From assembly GCA_964493415.1 (NCBI GenBank), contig CAZBND010000025.1, forward strand, positions 14,785-44,067: a DNA stretch of 29,283 nt. Direction: 5' to 3'. Under the pieces are notes generated by a model. It made no database searches, had not been told where the DNA came from, and saw only the letters and a list, made by a program, of their open reading frames with translations. This document shows positions 9,093 through 17,265 of the stretch, piece after piece (position 1 is the stretch's first letter; the number at the start of each line of letters is the position of its first letter). The translations under genes and the position numbers were made by a program. This DNA comes from an uncultured Planctomycetota bacterium (lineage in GTDB: Bacteria; Planctomycetota; DG-23; CAZBND01).

Positions 9093-9581
9093 CTATTGCC
9101 CCCCTCCGTTATTCGCCGATGCGAGCGTCAGGTAGGCGTCGGCGAGTGAACCGGCCGGCGCATCGGAGAGGTAATCGAAGCCGTATACTGCATCCGGATC
9201 GGCTTGCGCGAGGTCGGGCGGGGTCGCCGAGCCGCCGACAAAGTCCAGCCCCATCATCGAGCCGAGACCGAGGCCCAGGATAACCATCGCCGCCGCTGCG
9301 AGACGCATGGCCGGAGAGAACGACTTCCAGAACGGCACGACGACACGCCGCTGCTCGCGGCGTCGAGCGGCGCGGATGACCGCGCGTTCGGCGAAGCCTG
9401 CCGGAATGTCGGGCGGTTGGGCTAGTTGCGACAGCGCCGCTGCGGTGGCGCGGAGTCGTTCGAGCGCTTCGCGGCATGAGTCGCACGCCCCGACATGGCG
9501 CTCAATATCGCCTCGCTGCTCCGAGGACAGTTCTCCGTCCAGGTAGCGGTTCAGCATGGATTGAATGTGTCTGCAACGCAT
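9093..9581 (-). CDS. Anti-sigma factor, zinc-finger (ZAS / zf-HC2) type, single TM
   Basis: The N-terminus MRCRHIQSMLNRYLDGELSSEQRGDIERHVGACDSCREALERL carries the H-x3-C-x2-C motif typical of ZAS anti-sigma factors. A TM helix (AAAAMVILGLGLGSMMGL) and a periplasmic C-terminal tail follow. It lies directly downstream of the ECF sigma factor. Confidence 0.8.
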   Translation of the reverse strand: MRCRHIQSMLNRYLDGELSSEQRGDIERHVGACDSCREALERLRATAAALSQLAQPPDIPAGFAERAVIRAARRREQRRVVVPFWKSFSPAMRLAAAAMVILGLGLGSMMGLDFVGGSATPPDLAQADPDAVYGFDYLSDAPAGSLADAYLTLASANNGGGQ

Positions 9582-9641
9582 CGCAAGTCATCCTTTCACC
9601 TGAATAAACGGACTCGAAGCGAAAAACCCCCGCGGAAAATC

Positions 9642-10202
9642 TCAGGCATTTCCCGGTTCCTTGAGCCGACCTTGGAGCGCGTCCCTGCCGCGGGCAAGGA
9701 GCCGCTCGACGGATTTCACCGACGTGCCGATGGCGTCGGCGATCTCCTGGTAACTCAAATTCTCGTAGTGGCGGAGGACTAGGGCGGCGCGCTGGCGGGG
9801 AGGGAGAGCGTCCAAGGCGCGGCGGACGGCCTCGGCGGACTCACGCCGGGCGAGCGCCTCCGGAGGGCCTGGATCAGCGGATGGCGACGCGGGCAGGCGA
9901 TCCATGTAACGAGGACGTTTCTTCTCCAGGCGATCCAGGCATAGACGGGTGACGACGCGGTAGAGATACGTTCGGAAGGACGCCGTGGGGCGGTAGCGCG
10001 AGGCCGCGTCTAGGATTTTCAGAAAGGCGTCCTGGGCCGCGTCCTCGGCCTCCGCCGGGTCGCCGAGCAGCCGCCAGGCGGCGTTCCAGGCCGACCGCTG
10101 ATGACGGCGCACGAGTTCGCCGAAGGCATCCAGGTTGCCGCCGGCGGCGGCCTGCATGAGTTCCTCATCGGTCGGCATGGGCCGCGCCTTTCGTGCGTCC
10201 AA
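9642..10202 (-). CDS. RNA polymerase ECF (sigma-70 family group 4) sigma factor
   Basis: Sigma-70 region 2 (AQDAFLKILDAASRYRP...FRTYLYRVVTRLCLD) and region 4 HTH (LSYQEIADAIGTSVKSVERLLARGR) are present. Confidence 0.9.
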   Translation of the reverse strand: MDARKARPMPTDEELMQAAAGGNLDAFGELVRRHQRSAWNAAWRLLGDPAEAEDAAQDAFLKILDAASRYRPTASFRTYLYRVVTRLCLDRLEKKRPRYMDRLPASPSADPGPPEALARRESAEAVRRALDALPPRQRAALVLRHYENLSYQEIADAIGTSVKSVERLLARGRDALQGRLKEPGNA

Positions 10203-11286
10203 CGATGAGGTAATGGACGGCCAAACCCGCCGCGAAGCCCACCGCCATGTTCACCGCCACTGAGCCGGCTACGGTGACAGCAACCGGAATAAGGCCCCTG
10301 TCCAGCCGCAGGTCCCGCGCGAACTTGAACAGCTCGATGCCGACGAGCAGCATCATCGCGCCCACGATGGCGCGGGGGAAGGCCAGGAAGAGCGACGCGA
10401 TGCCGCCGGCGAGGAAGAGACCCAAAGCAATCTCGATCACTCCCTCGATGAGGTTCGTGCCGCCCGTGCGCGCCCCGAAGTAGTACTGCCCCGCCAGCCC
10501 GCCCGCGCCGTGGCATAGCGGCATGCCGCCGAAGAAGGGGAGGATCACGTTCATGACGCCCATGTTCACCGACAGTTGGCGCTCGGTGATGCGGCGGTTC
10601 GGCCAGTACTGCGAGACGAGCGCTGACGTGGCGATGACGGCGTTCGTGGCGGTCAAAGGTATCTGCGCCAGGCCGCCGTCGCGCAGGACCGGCCAGACCA
10701 GGCGAAGGTCGAACGTCGTCAGCGGCGGGAGCGCGAAGGACAGCCCGGCCACGGCCCCAAGTTCTTCGCGCCATGCCATGACTGCGATGCCCAGGACCAC
10801 CAGCACGATCGCCGCGGGAGCGTAGCGGTTTTGGCGCAGAAGCAGCACGATGGCGACGGAGACGATGCCCAGCAGCCACCACCCGCTCACCATCTTGATG
10901 CCCTCGACGGCCAGCAGCGCGCCGAGCGAGAGCTGAATGCCGCGCACGACGGCCCTGGGCGTCCATCGGGCGACGTGCGCCATCGCGCCGGTGGTGCCCA
11001 TCAGCAGCCACACGACGCCCATGACGAAGGCCGAGGTGTAGACCTTTTCCGGCGTCCACGCCTGGGCGATGGCCATAATCGCGAGTGCCTTCATCGGCTC
11101 GATGGGCATGGGCAGGCGATACACGAGGGCGGTGACGATGTTCGCGAGTCCCATCATGACGAGAAGCCCGGCGGGGTTCATCTTGCAGACGGTCATGTAG
11201 CCGATGGCCAGCGGCAGGAGCGTTCCGAAGTCGCCCATGGAACCGGCCAACTCGCGCAGGTTGAACACGAACGATCCGATCTTCAT
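10165..11286 (-). CDS. Polytopic permease of the MOT1/SulP-like family (putative sulfate or molybdate transporter)
   Basis: The N-terminus LRELAGSMGDFGTLLPLAIGYM resembles the MOT1 signature (ELSGSLGDLGT..IPI). It has about 10-12 TM helices and overlaps the ECF sigma start by 38 nt. The family assignment is from memory of motifs and is not verified. Confidence 0.55.
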   Translation of the reverse strand: MKIGSFVFNLRELAGSMGDFGTLLPLAIGYMTVCKMNPAGLLVMMGLANIVTALVYRLPMPIEPMKALAIMAIAQAWTPEKVYTSAFVMGVVWLLMGTTGAMAHVARWTPRAVVRGIQLSLGALLAVEGIKMVSGWWLLGIVSVAIVLLLRQNRYAPAAIVLVVLGIAVMAWREELGAVAGLSFALPPLTTFDLRLVWPVLRDGGLAQIPLTATNAVIATSALVSQYWPNRRITERQLSVNMGVMNVILPFFGGMPLCHGAGGLAGQYYFGARTGGTNLIEGVIEIALGLFLAGGIASLFLAFPRAIVGAMMLLVGIELFKFARDLRLDRGLIPVAVTVAGSVAVNMAVGFAAGLAVHYLIVGRTKGAAHADR

Positions 11287-11292
11287 TCGCTG

Positions 11293-12063
11293 TCACAGTC
11301 CCTTCGCCCGCCCGTGACGATGGAAGCGGCAGGCACTCCACATGAATCCGGCGGCAAAGACGACCAGGATGGCAGGGCTCAGCGACAACGGGAAATATCT
11401 CGGCTGGCCGAAGCCGGCGCGGATGAGATCACCGGCGTAGGACAGGGGTGAGACGGGGGCCACCCACCGGGCCCAGGCGGGCATCTGAGGGATGGGCAGG
11501 AAGACCCCGCTGACAAACAGCAGCGGCAGGCGCACCAGGTTGGACAGGAGCATGATGTTGGAGGGGCTACTCGCCGGCGGTGCGGCCAGCAGCACCCCTA
11601 GCGACGCGAAACTCAGCGCGCCGAGGATGATGCCAGCCACAAGCAGTCCCACGTTCATGACCGCCGCGTCCGTCAGCGCCAAGCCCAGGAACACCGGGAT
11701 GACGGACAGGCACGCACCGAAGAGCAGCCCGCTGATCACGTCGCCGCCGATGATTGCCTCTGGACAAACCGGCGTCGCGATAAGCCGCTCGTAGGTTCGG
11801 GCGGCCCGCTCCCACGGCGTCACCAGCGGGCCGACTGCACTGGCGGTAAACCATAACGCCATGGCGACCATCCCCGGCACAATGCTCTCTGCCGCGACGG
11901 GTCGGCCCATCTTGAATGCCAGGAAGAAGAACACCGGGAACAGTACGCCGAAGATCAACACTGGTGGCTTCAGATAGTACAGGAGGGCGTTTTTCTTGAC
12001 GATTACCAGCGCCCCGTGGAACTGGTGCTCCCAGGCATGAACGGTCTCCGTGCGGTCGGTCAT
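11293..12063 (-). CDS. ABC-2 type transporter permease
   Basis: The true start ATG at about 12063 overlaps the ATPase stop as ATGA (MTDRTETVHAWEHQFHGALVIVKKNALLYYLKPP...), giving a 6-TM ABC-2 permease. The long N-terminal Arg-rich extension in the track (to 12723) lies in a different frame over the ATPase gene and is spurious. Confidence 0.8.
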   Translation of the reverse strand: MTDRTETVHAWEHQFHGALVIVKKNALLYYLKPPVLIFGVLFPVFFFLAFKMGRPVAAESIVPGMVAMALWFTASAVGPLVTPWERAARTYERLIATPVCPEAIIGGDVISGLLFGACLSVIPVFLGLALTDAAVMNVGLLVAGIILGALSFASLGVLLAAPPASSPSNIMLLSNLVRLPLLFVSGVFLPIPQMPAWARWVAPVSPLSYAGDLIRAGFGQPRYFPLSLSPAILVVFAAGFMWSACRFHRHGRAKGL

Positions 12064-13004
12064 TTCGACACCTCCTGCGTCCTGTCCGCGGTGAGATGGA
12101 GGAAAACCTCTTCCAGGCTGGGCTTGCGCGTGCAGAGGTGAGCAATCTCCCATCCCCGGCTGTCGCCAAGGCGAACCACCGCTGCCGCAACGCGTCCAGG
12201 CGTCTGGGTGTACAGGCGATGGCGTCCGGCCTCCTCGCTTACCTGCGCAACGCCCGGGATAGCCTCGAGTTCGGCAGCGCCGGCAGTCCCTCCCTGGAAG
12301 GCCACCTCGGTGTACTGTCTCGAGCGCACTATGCTGCGAACCCCATCGGGCGTGTCGACGGCGGCTATGTGCCCCTTGTTGATGATCGCGACGCGGGTGC
12401 ACATCTCTTCCGCCTCGTCCATGTTGTGCGTGGTCAGGAAAACGGTCAGCCCGGTCCGGTTCAACTCGCTCACGATCTGCCGAATCAACCGGGCGCTTTG
12501 GACGTCGAGGCCGCTTGTGGGTTCGTCCAGGAAGAGGATCTCCGGGCGCGTGACCAGCGCGGCGCAGAGCATCACCCGCTGCCGGAGCCCTTTGGAGAGC
12601 ACGCGCGCCTTCTGCCGCTTGCGTTCTCCAAGGCCCAGCGCATCGAGGAGCCGTTCGCCCTCGCGGGCGCGTTCCTTCCGCGGCACGCCGTGTAGCTCGG
12701 CCATGAGCATCACGTTCTGCCACACGGTCAGGTCGAGGTAGACGTTCGCCTCTTCCGGCACCACGGCGAGGTGGGCGCGAGACAGGAGCGCCTCCTTTCG
12801 GATGTCATGTCCCTGGATGGAGGCCGTTCCCTCGGTTGGCTCCAGCACGCCGGTGAGCATCCGAACCGTGGTCGTCTTCCCCGCCGCGTTCGGGCCCAAA
12901 AAGCCGAAGATTTCGCCCTCCTCAACGCAGAAGCTCACGCGGTCTACCGCTACCAGATCGCCGTAGCGCCGGGTGAGCCCGTTGACTTCAATGGCGTTGG
13001 GCAC
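12060..13004 (-). CDS. ABC transporter ATP-binding protein
   Basis: Walker A GPNAAGKTT, ABC signature LSKGLRQRV, Walker B LFLDEPTSGLD and an H-loop are present. The likely start is GTG near 13004 (MPNAIEVNGLTRRYG) with RBS AAGGGAGGGG 6 nt upstream. The track's 13058 start is a TTG. With the GTG start, overlap with the upstream methyltransferase is about 17 nt. Confidence 0.88.
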   Translation of the reverse strand: MPNAIEVNGLTRRYGDLVAVDRVSFCVEEGEIFGFLGPNAAGKTTTVRMLTGVLEPTEGTASIQGHDIRKEALLSRAHLAVVPEEANVYLDLTVWQNVMLMAELHGVPRKERAREGERLLDALGLGERKRQKARVLSKGLRQRVMLCAALVTRPEILFLDEPTSGLDVQSARLIRQIVSELNRTGLTVFLTTHNMDEAEEMCTRVAIINKGHIAAVDTPDGVRSIVRSRQYTEVAFQGGTAGAAELEAIPGVAQVSEEAGRHRLYTQTPGRVAAAVVRLGDSRGWEIAHLCTRKPSLEEVFLHLTADRTQEVSK

Positions 13005-13632
13005 TCTCGACCCCTCCCTTCTCGAAAAGTAGCCAGAACCCTGGGGGAACGGGCTCAAGCAGCGACTCGCCGAGCCCTGCAGCCCGCGCTTGAAGCTCTA
13101 GCCATTCCGGCCTGCGCTTGCTATACCAGTCATCCAGAGCTTTCTCACTCCGAGCCTTCAGCTCTTGATTCCGGCGACGAAAGAACTCCTGGCGCGCGGA
13201 TTCGGGATACGAGCTGCCAAAGCCCCCGCCGACCAAGGCGCGACCACCGGGGCCGAGGATCCGGTAGACCTCCCGGAGGCCCTGTGCCGGCTCGTCCCAG
13301 AAAAAGACCGAGCCGCGACTGACTACGAGGTTCACCGAGCAATCGGCGAAGGGCATACTCTCCGCGCGGCCGGCGACAGCTAACGCACGCGTTCCCAGGC
13401 CGGAGTGCTTCGCGCTTTCAAGAGCTTTGCGTAAGGCGTTGGCGCGTGGGTCCACAAGAAGGATAGTGCTGCGTGACGCTCTTGCCAGGGCGAGTCCCAG
13501 TCCGCCGCTGCCGCAACCCAGGTCGACCCAAACGCCCTCCTCCGGTCGGCAGTAGCTGAGGACGTCCTCTGCAACGGCGACGAACCAATCCGGCAACCGC
13601 CTGGCAGATTTCGGCCTGACGTCACGTTCCAC
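12988..13632 (-). CDS. Class I SAM-dependent methyltransferase
   Basis: Motif I VDLGCGSGGLGLALA is present, then an acidic post-I residue (LLVDP) and motif II/III region (VNLVVSRGSVFFWDEPAQGLREVYRILGPGGRALV). GTG start. The substrate is unknown. Confidence 0.78.
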   Translation of the reverse strand: MERDVRPKSARRLPDWFVAVAEDVLSYCRPEEGVWVDLGCGSGGLGLALARASRSTILLVDPRANALRKALESAKHSGLGTRALAVAGRAESMPFADCSVNLVVSRGSVFFWDEPAQGLREVYRILGPGGRALVGGGFGSSYPESARQEFFRRRNQELKARSEKALDDWYSKRRPEWLELQARAAGLGESLLEPVPPGFWLLFEKGGVESAQRH

Positions 13633-13719
13633 GGAGCACTTCCGTGGGTTCTATAGTCATTCGCTCTCGGCCTTTTTCACGCAGGGATGTTCCTTCACCT
13701 CGCCGTGGCACTTTCTGAT

Positions 13720-13794
13720 CTACTCGGGAGAGCAATCCTGCGGCTTGCCCTTCAGCTCGCTAGGCTTCAGACACCCCTTCTTTGCGTCAGCCAT
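13720..13794 (-). CDS. Candidate small ORF (24 aa, MADAKKGCLKPSELKGKPQDCSPE) between the ArsR-like regulator and the methyltransferase/ABC operon
   Basis: ATG is preceded by AAGGAGAGG at about 9 nt spacing. The peptide is Lys-rich with two Cys. It was not in the six-frame track because it is too short. It is speculative and may be non-coding. Confidence 0.2.
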   Translation of the reverse strand: MADAKKGCLKPSELKGKPQDCSPE

Positions 13795-13857
13795 GTTGCG
13801 CGTCCTCTCCTTAAGCGCCCGCGCAATTGCTTGCAGGCTGGAAAAAAAAGAAGAGCT

Positions 13858-14163
13858 CTACCCGGATCCTTCGCCGAGTAGTTCGTCCGCCAGCTTTCTC
13901 CATCCGGCCAGCGTTTTGGGGTTCATGCGGTAGTGGACGTAGTACCCGCGCTTGTCGGGGATGACGAGGTCTGCCGCGCGCAGCACTCGCAGGTGCTGCG
14001 AGACCGCCGCGGGGGTGACCCCCAGTCGCGCCGCGAGCGCGTTGACGCACATCGGCTTGTTCCGGATCAGTTGGACTATCCGGAGGCGTGTCGGCGCTGA
14101 AAGGATCTTGAAGATTCGCGCTGCCTTTTCGGGATCGGTCACTTGCGCGCCTTGATTAAGCAT
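13858..14163 (-). CDS. ArsR/SmtB-family transcriptional regulator (no CVC metalloid site)
   Basis: Winged HTH: APTRLRIVQLIRNKPMCVNALAARLGVTPAAVSQHLRVLRAADLV. It is divergent from the ars operon and heads the long minus-strand gene array. A 10-bp palindrome GCATATATGC overlaps its start codon. Confidence 0.85.
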   Translation of the reverse strand: MLNQGAQVTDPEKAARIFKILSAPTRLRIVQLIRNKPMCVNALAARLGVTPAAVSQHLRVLRAADLVIPDKRGYYVHYRMNPKTLAGWRKLADELLGEGSG

Positions 14164-14270
14164 ATATGCAAATACTACAGCGGTCCTTGCCGCCCTGTCA
14201 ATTCTTCGGCTCGAAATTCTGCGGTCAGGCGCGGGGGAGAAACAGGACAGGACGCTGCTTTAGGTCGGGC

Positions 14271-14299
14271 TTGACAAGCGAAGGGGGAGGGGTACAATT
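14271..14299 (+). promoter_or_regulatory. Sigma70-like promoter of the ars operon (TTGACA, 17-nt spacer, TACAAT)
   Basis: TTGACA at about 14271-14276 and TACAAT at about 14294-14299. RBS GGAGG lies at about 14320 and the arsR ATG at 14329. The same 165-nt intergenic region must also hold the divergent promoter for the minus-strand ArsR. Confidence 0.5.
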
Positions 14300-14328
14300 A
14301 GTTATGTGGCGAATTAACGGAGGTAATC

Positions 14329-14694
14329 ATGCGGGAACTTCTGCTCGTAACGAAAGCCTTGGCCGATGAAACGCGCCTTCGGGCTCTTCGCGCGCTGCGC
14401 GGGCGCGAGCTCTGCGTCTGCCAGATCGTGGAGCTTCTGGGGCTTGCGCCCTCAACGGTCTCGAAACACCTGTGGCTCCTCAGACAAGCACGCCTGATTG
14501 AAGGGCGCAAAGAGGGCCGCTGGATGTTCTACCGCCTCGCGGGGCGCGACGCTCCGCAAGTCGCTCAAGAAGCGCTCGCCTGGGTGAATCGGTCGCTCGC
14601 CGCTTCACCGAAGATCAAAGAGGACGGCAAGCGGCTCAAGCAGATACTCAAAATGGACCCGGAGGAAATATGCAGGCGACAAAGCAAAAGCTGA
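14329..14694 (+). CDS. arsR: ArsR-family arsenite-responsive repressor
   Basis: The HTH carries the metalloid-binding ELCVCQIVELLGLAPSTVSKHL (CVC) motif. It is the first gene of arsR-arsC-acr3-arsM. Confidence 0.9.
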   Translation: MRELLLVTKALADETRLRALRALRGRELCVCQIVELLGLAPSTVSKHLWLLRQARLIEGRKEGRWMFYRLAGRDAPQVAQEALAWVNRSLAASPKIKEDGKRLKQILKMDPEEICRRQSKS

Positions 14695-15119
14695 AGCTCC
14701 TTTTTCTTTGCACGGGCAATTCCTGCCGCAGCCAGATGGCTGAAGGCTGGGCTCGGCAACTGAAAGGGGACCTCATAGAATCCTACTCCGCGGGCATCGA
14801 GGCCCGCGGCCTGGACCCGCGCGCGGTAAAGGCTATGGCCGAAGTCGGCGTGGATATCTCCGGGCAAAGGTCGAAGCCCGTCCGGGAAGTCATGGGAATT
14901 GACTTCGACTACGTTATCACTGTCTGCGGGCATGCGCGCGAGAGCTGCCCCATCTTCCCCGGCAAGGCCAAGATAGTTCACCACGGTTTCGACGATCCTC
15001 CCCAACTTGCCGCCGGCGCGAGGACGGAGGAGGAAGCGCTGACCCACTACCGGCGCGTGCGCGACGAAATCCGCGCATACGTCGAAACGCTGCCTGAATC
15101 GCTCGAGAAAGAAAGGTAA
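14670..15119 (+). CDS. arsC: Arsenate reductase, LMW-PTP/thioredoxin-coupled type
   Basis: P-loop [17 protein letters not shown] (CX5R) is present, with downstream Cys ([10 protein letters not shown]) for the thioredoxin-coupled disulfide cascade. It overlaps the arsR 3' end by 25 nt. Confidence 0.9.
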   Translation: MQATKQKLKLLFLCTGNSCRSQMAEGWARQLKGDLIESYSAGIEARGLDPRAVKAMAEVGVDISGQRSKPVREVMGIDFDYVITVCGHARESCPIFPGKAKIVHHGFDDPPQLAAGARTEEEALTHYRRVRDEIRAYVETLPESLEKER

Positions 15120-15126
15120 ATTTCAT

Positions 15127-16326
15127 ATGGCAACGGAAGGTTTGGCGGAGAGACAGGCAAAGGGCCTGAACGTTTTCGAGAAGTACCTGACCGCCTGGGT
15201 CATCCTGTGCATCATCGGCGGCATTGTGCTGGGGAAGCTCGCCCCGGGGTTCGCGAAGGCCCTCGACGGCATGGCCATCTATGTAGGCGAAGCTCCCGTG
15301 GTCTCGATCCCCATCGCCGTCTGCCTTTTCTTCATGATGTACCCGATAATGGTGAAGATAGACTTCGCCGAGGTCATCAAGGCCGGCAAGAGCGGGAAGC
15401 CCGTGGGACTGACCCTGTTCGTCAATTGGGCCATCAAGCCTTTCACCATGTATGCCATAGCGTTGCTGTTCCTGGGTACGCTGTTCCACGGCCTCATCGG
15501 TCCCGACGCTGTCGACTACGTTAAGATGCCGCTGGGCCTGGACCTGCCCGTCGGCGCGACCCACGGGGCCGGCACGGTCATTATGCACGAAGGCGTCAAG
15601 GTGCTCCAGGTTCCGCTGTGGCGAAGCTATCTGGCCGGCTGCATTCTCTTGGGCATAGCCCCTTGCACGGCCATGGTGCTGGTGTGGGGCTATCTCGCCA
15701 GGGGGAATGACGGCCTGACGCTGGTCATGGTGGCGATCAACTCGCTGACGATGCTTCTGCTCTACGGCGTGTTGGGGGGCTTTCTCTTGGGAGTCGGGCG
15801 GCTGCCGGTTCCCTGGCAGGCCTTGCTGCTGTCGATTTCGATTTACGTCGCCCTGCCGCTGGTGGCGGGCTACGTCTCGCGCAGGTGGCTCATCGCCGCC
15901 AAGGGCCGCGCATGGTTCGAGCAGAAGTTCCTGCACGTCCTGACCCCGATCACGATCATCGCTCTGCTGATCACGTTGGTGCTGCTGTTCAGTTTCAAGG
16001 GCGAAGTGATCCTGGGCAATCCGCTGACGATTCTCTGGATCGCCATCCCTCTGTTCATCCAAACGAACCTCATCTTCTGGTTGGGCTACGGGCTGGCGAG
16101 GCTGCTGAAGCTGCGATACGCGGATGCCGCCCCAGCGGCCATGATCGGCGCGTCGAACCACTTCGAGGTGGCCATCGCGACGGCTACCATGCTGTTTGGA
16201 CTATCGTCGGGCGCCGCTCTGGCCACAGTGGTTGGCGTGCTGATCGAGGTGCCCGTGATGCTCATGCTGGTGAAGATATGCCTTAGAACACAACGTTGGT
16301 TCAAGACTGCGGAGGCCACGACATGA
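15127..16326 (+). CDS. acr3: ACR3-family arsenite efflux permease
   Basis: The N-terminus [24 protein letters not shown] and 10-TM architecture are typical of Acr3/ArsB (BART superfamily). Confidence 0.9.
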   Translation: MATEGLAERQAKGLNVFEKYLTAWVILCIIGGIVLGKLAPGFAKALDGMAIYVGEAPVVSIPIAVCLFFMMYPIMVKIDFAEVIKAGKSGKPVGLTLFVNWAIKPFTMYAIALLFLGTLFHGLIGPDAVDYVKMPLGLDLPVGATHGAGTVIMHEGVKVLQVPLWRSYLAGCILLGIAPCTAMVLVWGYLARGNDGLTLVMVAINSLTMLLLYGVLGGFLLGVGRLPVPWQALLLSISIYVALPLVAGYVSRRWLIAAKGRAWFEQKFLHVLTPITIIALLITLVLLFSFKGEVILGNPLTILWIAIPLFIQTNLIFWLGYGLARLLKLRYADAAPAAMIGASNHFEVAIATATMLFGLSSGAALATVVGVLIEVPVMLMLVKICLRTQRWFKTAEATT

Positions 16327-17138
16327 AAAGCCGCAAAGACGCGCATGAGATCGTAAGGAAGGCATATGGAGACATCGCTAAGAGACAAACGCCATGCTGC
16401 CAGCCGAGGGCCGCTTGCTGCGGGACCGGCTCTACTCCAAGTGCGATGCCGGAGGCGGAGCTGGGGCTTTCGTGCGGAGATCCGGTGGGACTCGCCGAGA
16501 TACGCGAAGGGGAGGTCGTCGTGGACCTTGGGAGCGGAGGGGGAAAGGACGTGTTCATGGCGGCGGAGAAGACCGGGCCGACAGGACAAGCGATCGGGAT
16601 CGACATGACCCGGGAGATGCTGGAACTCGCGAAAAGGAACGCGGTGAAATTCCGCCAGCGCACGGGGCTTGGTAATGTGGAGTTCCGCGAGGGGAAGATC
16701 GAGGAGCTGCCGCTGAAGGATGCTTCGGCTGACCTGGTGATCTCCAACTGTGTGATAAACCTCTCGCCTGATAAGCCGCGCGTCTTCAGAGAGATTTTCA
16801 GGGTGCTCAAGCCCGGCGGGAGGATGGTCGTGAGCGACGTGGTCTTAAATGAGAAGCTGCCTGAAGAACTGCTGAAGGATGAAAGGCTTTACGCGGGCTG
16901 TGTCGCGGGGGCTTTGGTGCGCGAGGATTACCTGAAGGCGATTCGCGACGCGGGATTCGGGAAAGTCGAGGTGTTGGCTGACAGGAATATGTCCCTGGAT
17001 TGGGCGGACCCCATAGCCGAGACGTGGCGCGACGTGCTCGAAGGCGCCGTGGCGAGCATCACGGTGAGGGCGACCAAGAAAGGCCCGGGCCGGAGGAACG
17101 CGGAGATTTGTTCGCAGCGGCGCAGCGTCGCTTCCTAA
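16323..17138 (+). CDS. arsM: Arsenite S-adenosylmethionine methyltransferase
   Basis: ATG 16323 overlaps the acr3 stop as ATGA ([16 protein letters not shown]...). Paired Cys occur in the N-terminal region ([10 protein letters not shown]), SAM motif I is [11 protein letters not shown], and the conserved downstream Cys is present ([11 protein letters not shown]). Confidence 0.85.
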   Translation: MKSRKDAHEIVRKAYGDIAKRQTPCCQPRAACCGTGSTPSAMPEAELGLSCGDPVGLAEIREGEVVVDLGSGGGKDVFMAAEKTGPTGQAIGIDMTREMLELAKRNAVKFRQRTGLGNVEFREGKIEELPLKDASADLVISNCVINLSPDKPRVFREIFRVLKPGGRMVVSDVVLNEKLPEELLKDERLYAGCVAGALVREDYLKAIRDAGFGKVEVLADRNMSLDWADPIAETWRDVLEGAVASITVRATKKGPGRRNAEICSQRRSVAS

Positions 17139-17265
17139 TTGCAATATGTCGCCTGCACCTGCGGGTTCTCTTGTTCCTGTGCAGACTTGAGGATTCGGGT
17201 TAGCCCGCGGCCCACTGAGCCGCGATGCGGTGCGGCAAGGTAGCGGGCAATAGGAACGCGCCTGA

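Noticed and set aside
9582-9641. CCGCGGGGGTTTTTCG between the ECF sigma and anti-sigma genes as a possible attenuator or terminator
   Set aside because: There is no convincing stem. CCGCGG is only self-complementary over 6 bp. The spacing fits an ordinary 60-nt intergenic region with an RBS (AAAGGATGA) for the anti-sigma gene.
10019-11341. 440-aa ORF (-) overlapping the MOT1/SulP-like permease
   Set aside because: It lies in a different frame over a convincing polytopic membrane protein. The sequence is extremely Arg/His/Gly-rich (RRRHRHV..., GRGRAGG...), so it is a GC artefact.
12064-12723. N-terminal 220-aa extension of the 11293-12723 ORF (track gives 476 aa)
   Set aside because: The extension runs out of frame through the ABC ATPase gene and is Arg/Pro/Gly-rich. 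The real ABC-2 permease starts at the ATGA overlap near 12063.
14917-16161. 414-aa ORF (-) antisense to acr3, and 15207-15524 / 15885-16286 (+) frames
   Set aside because: They are shadow ORFs of the ACR3 gene with Arg/Gln/Asp/His-rich low-complexity translation.
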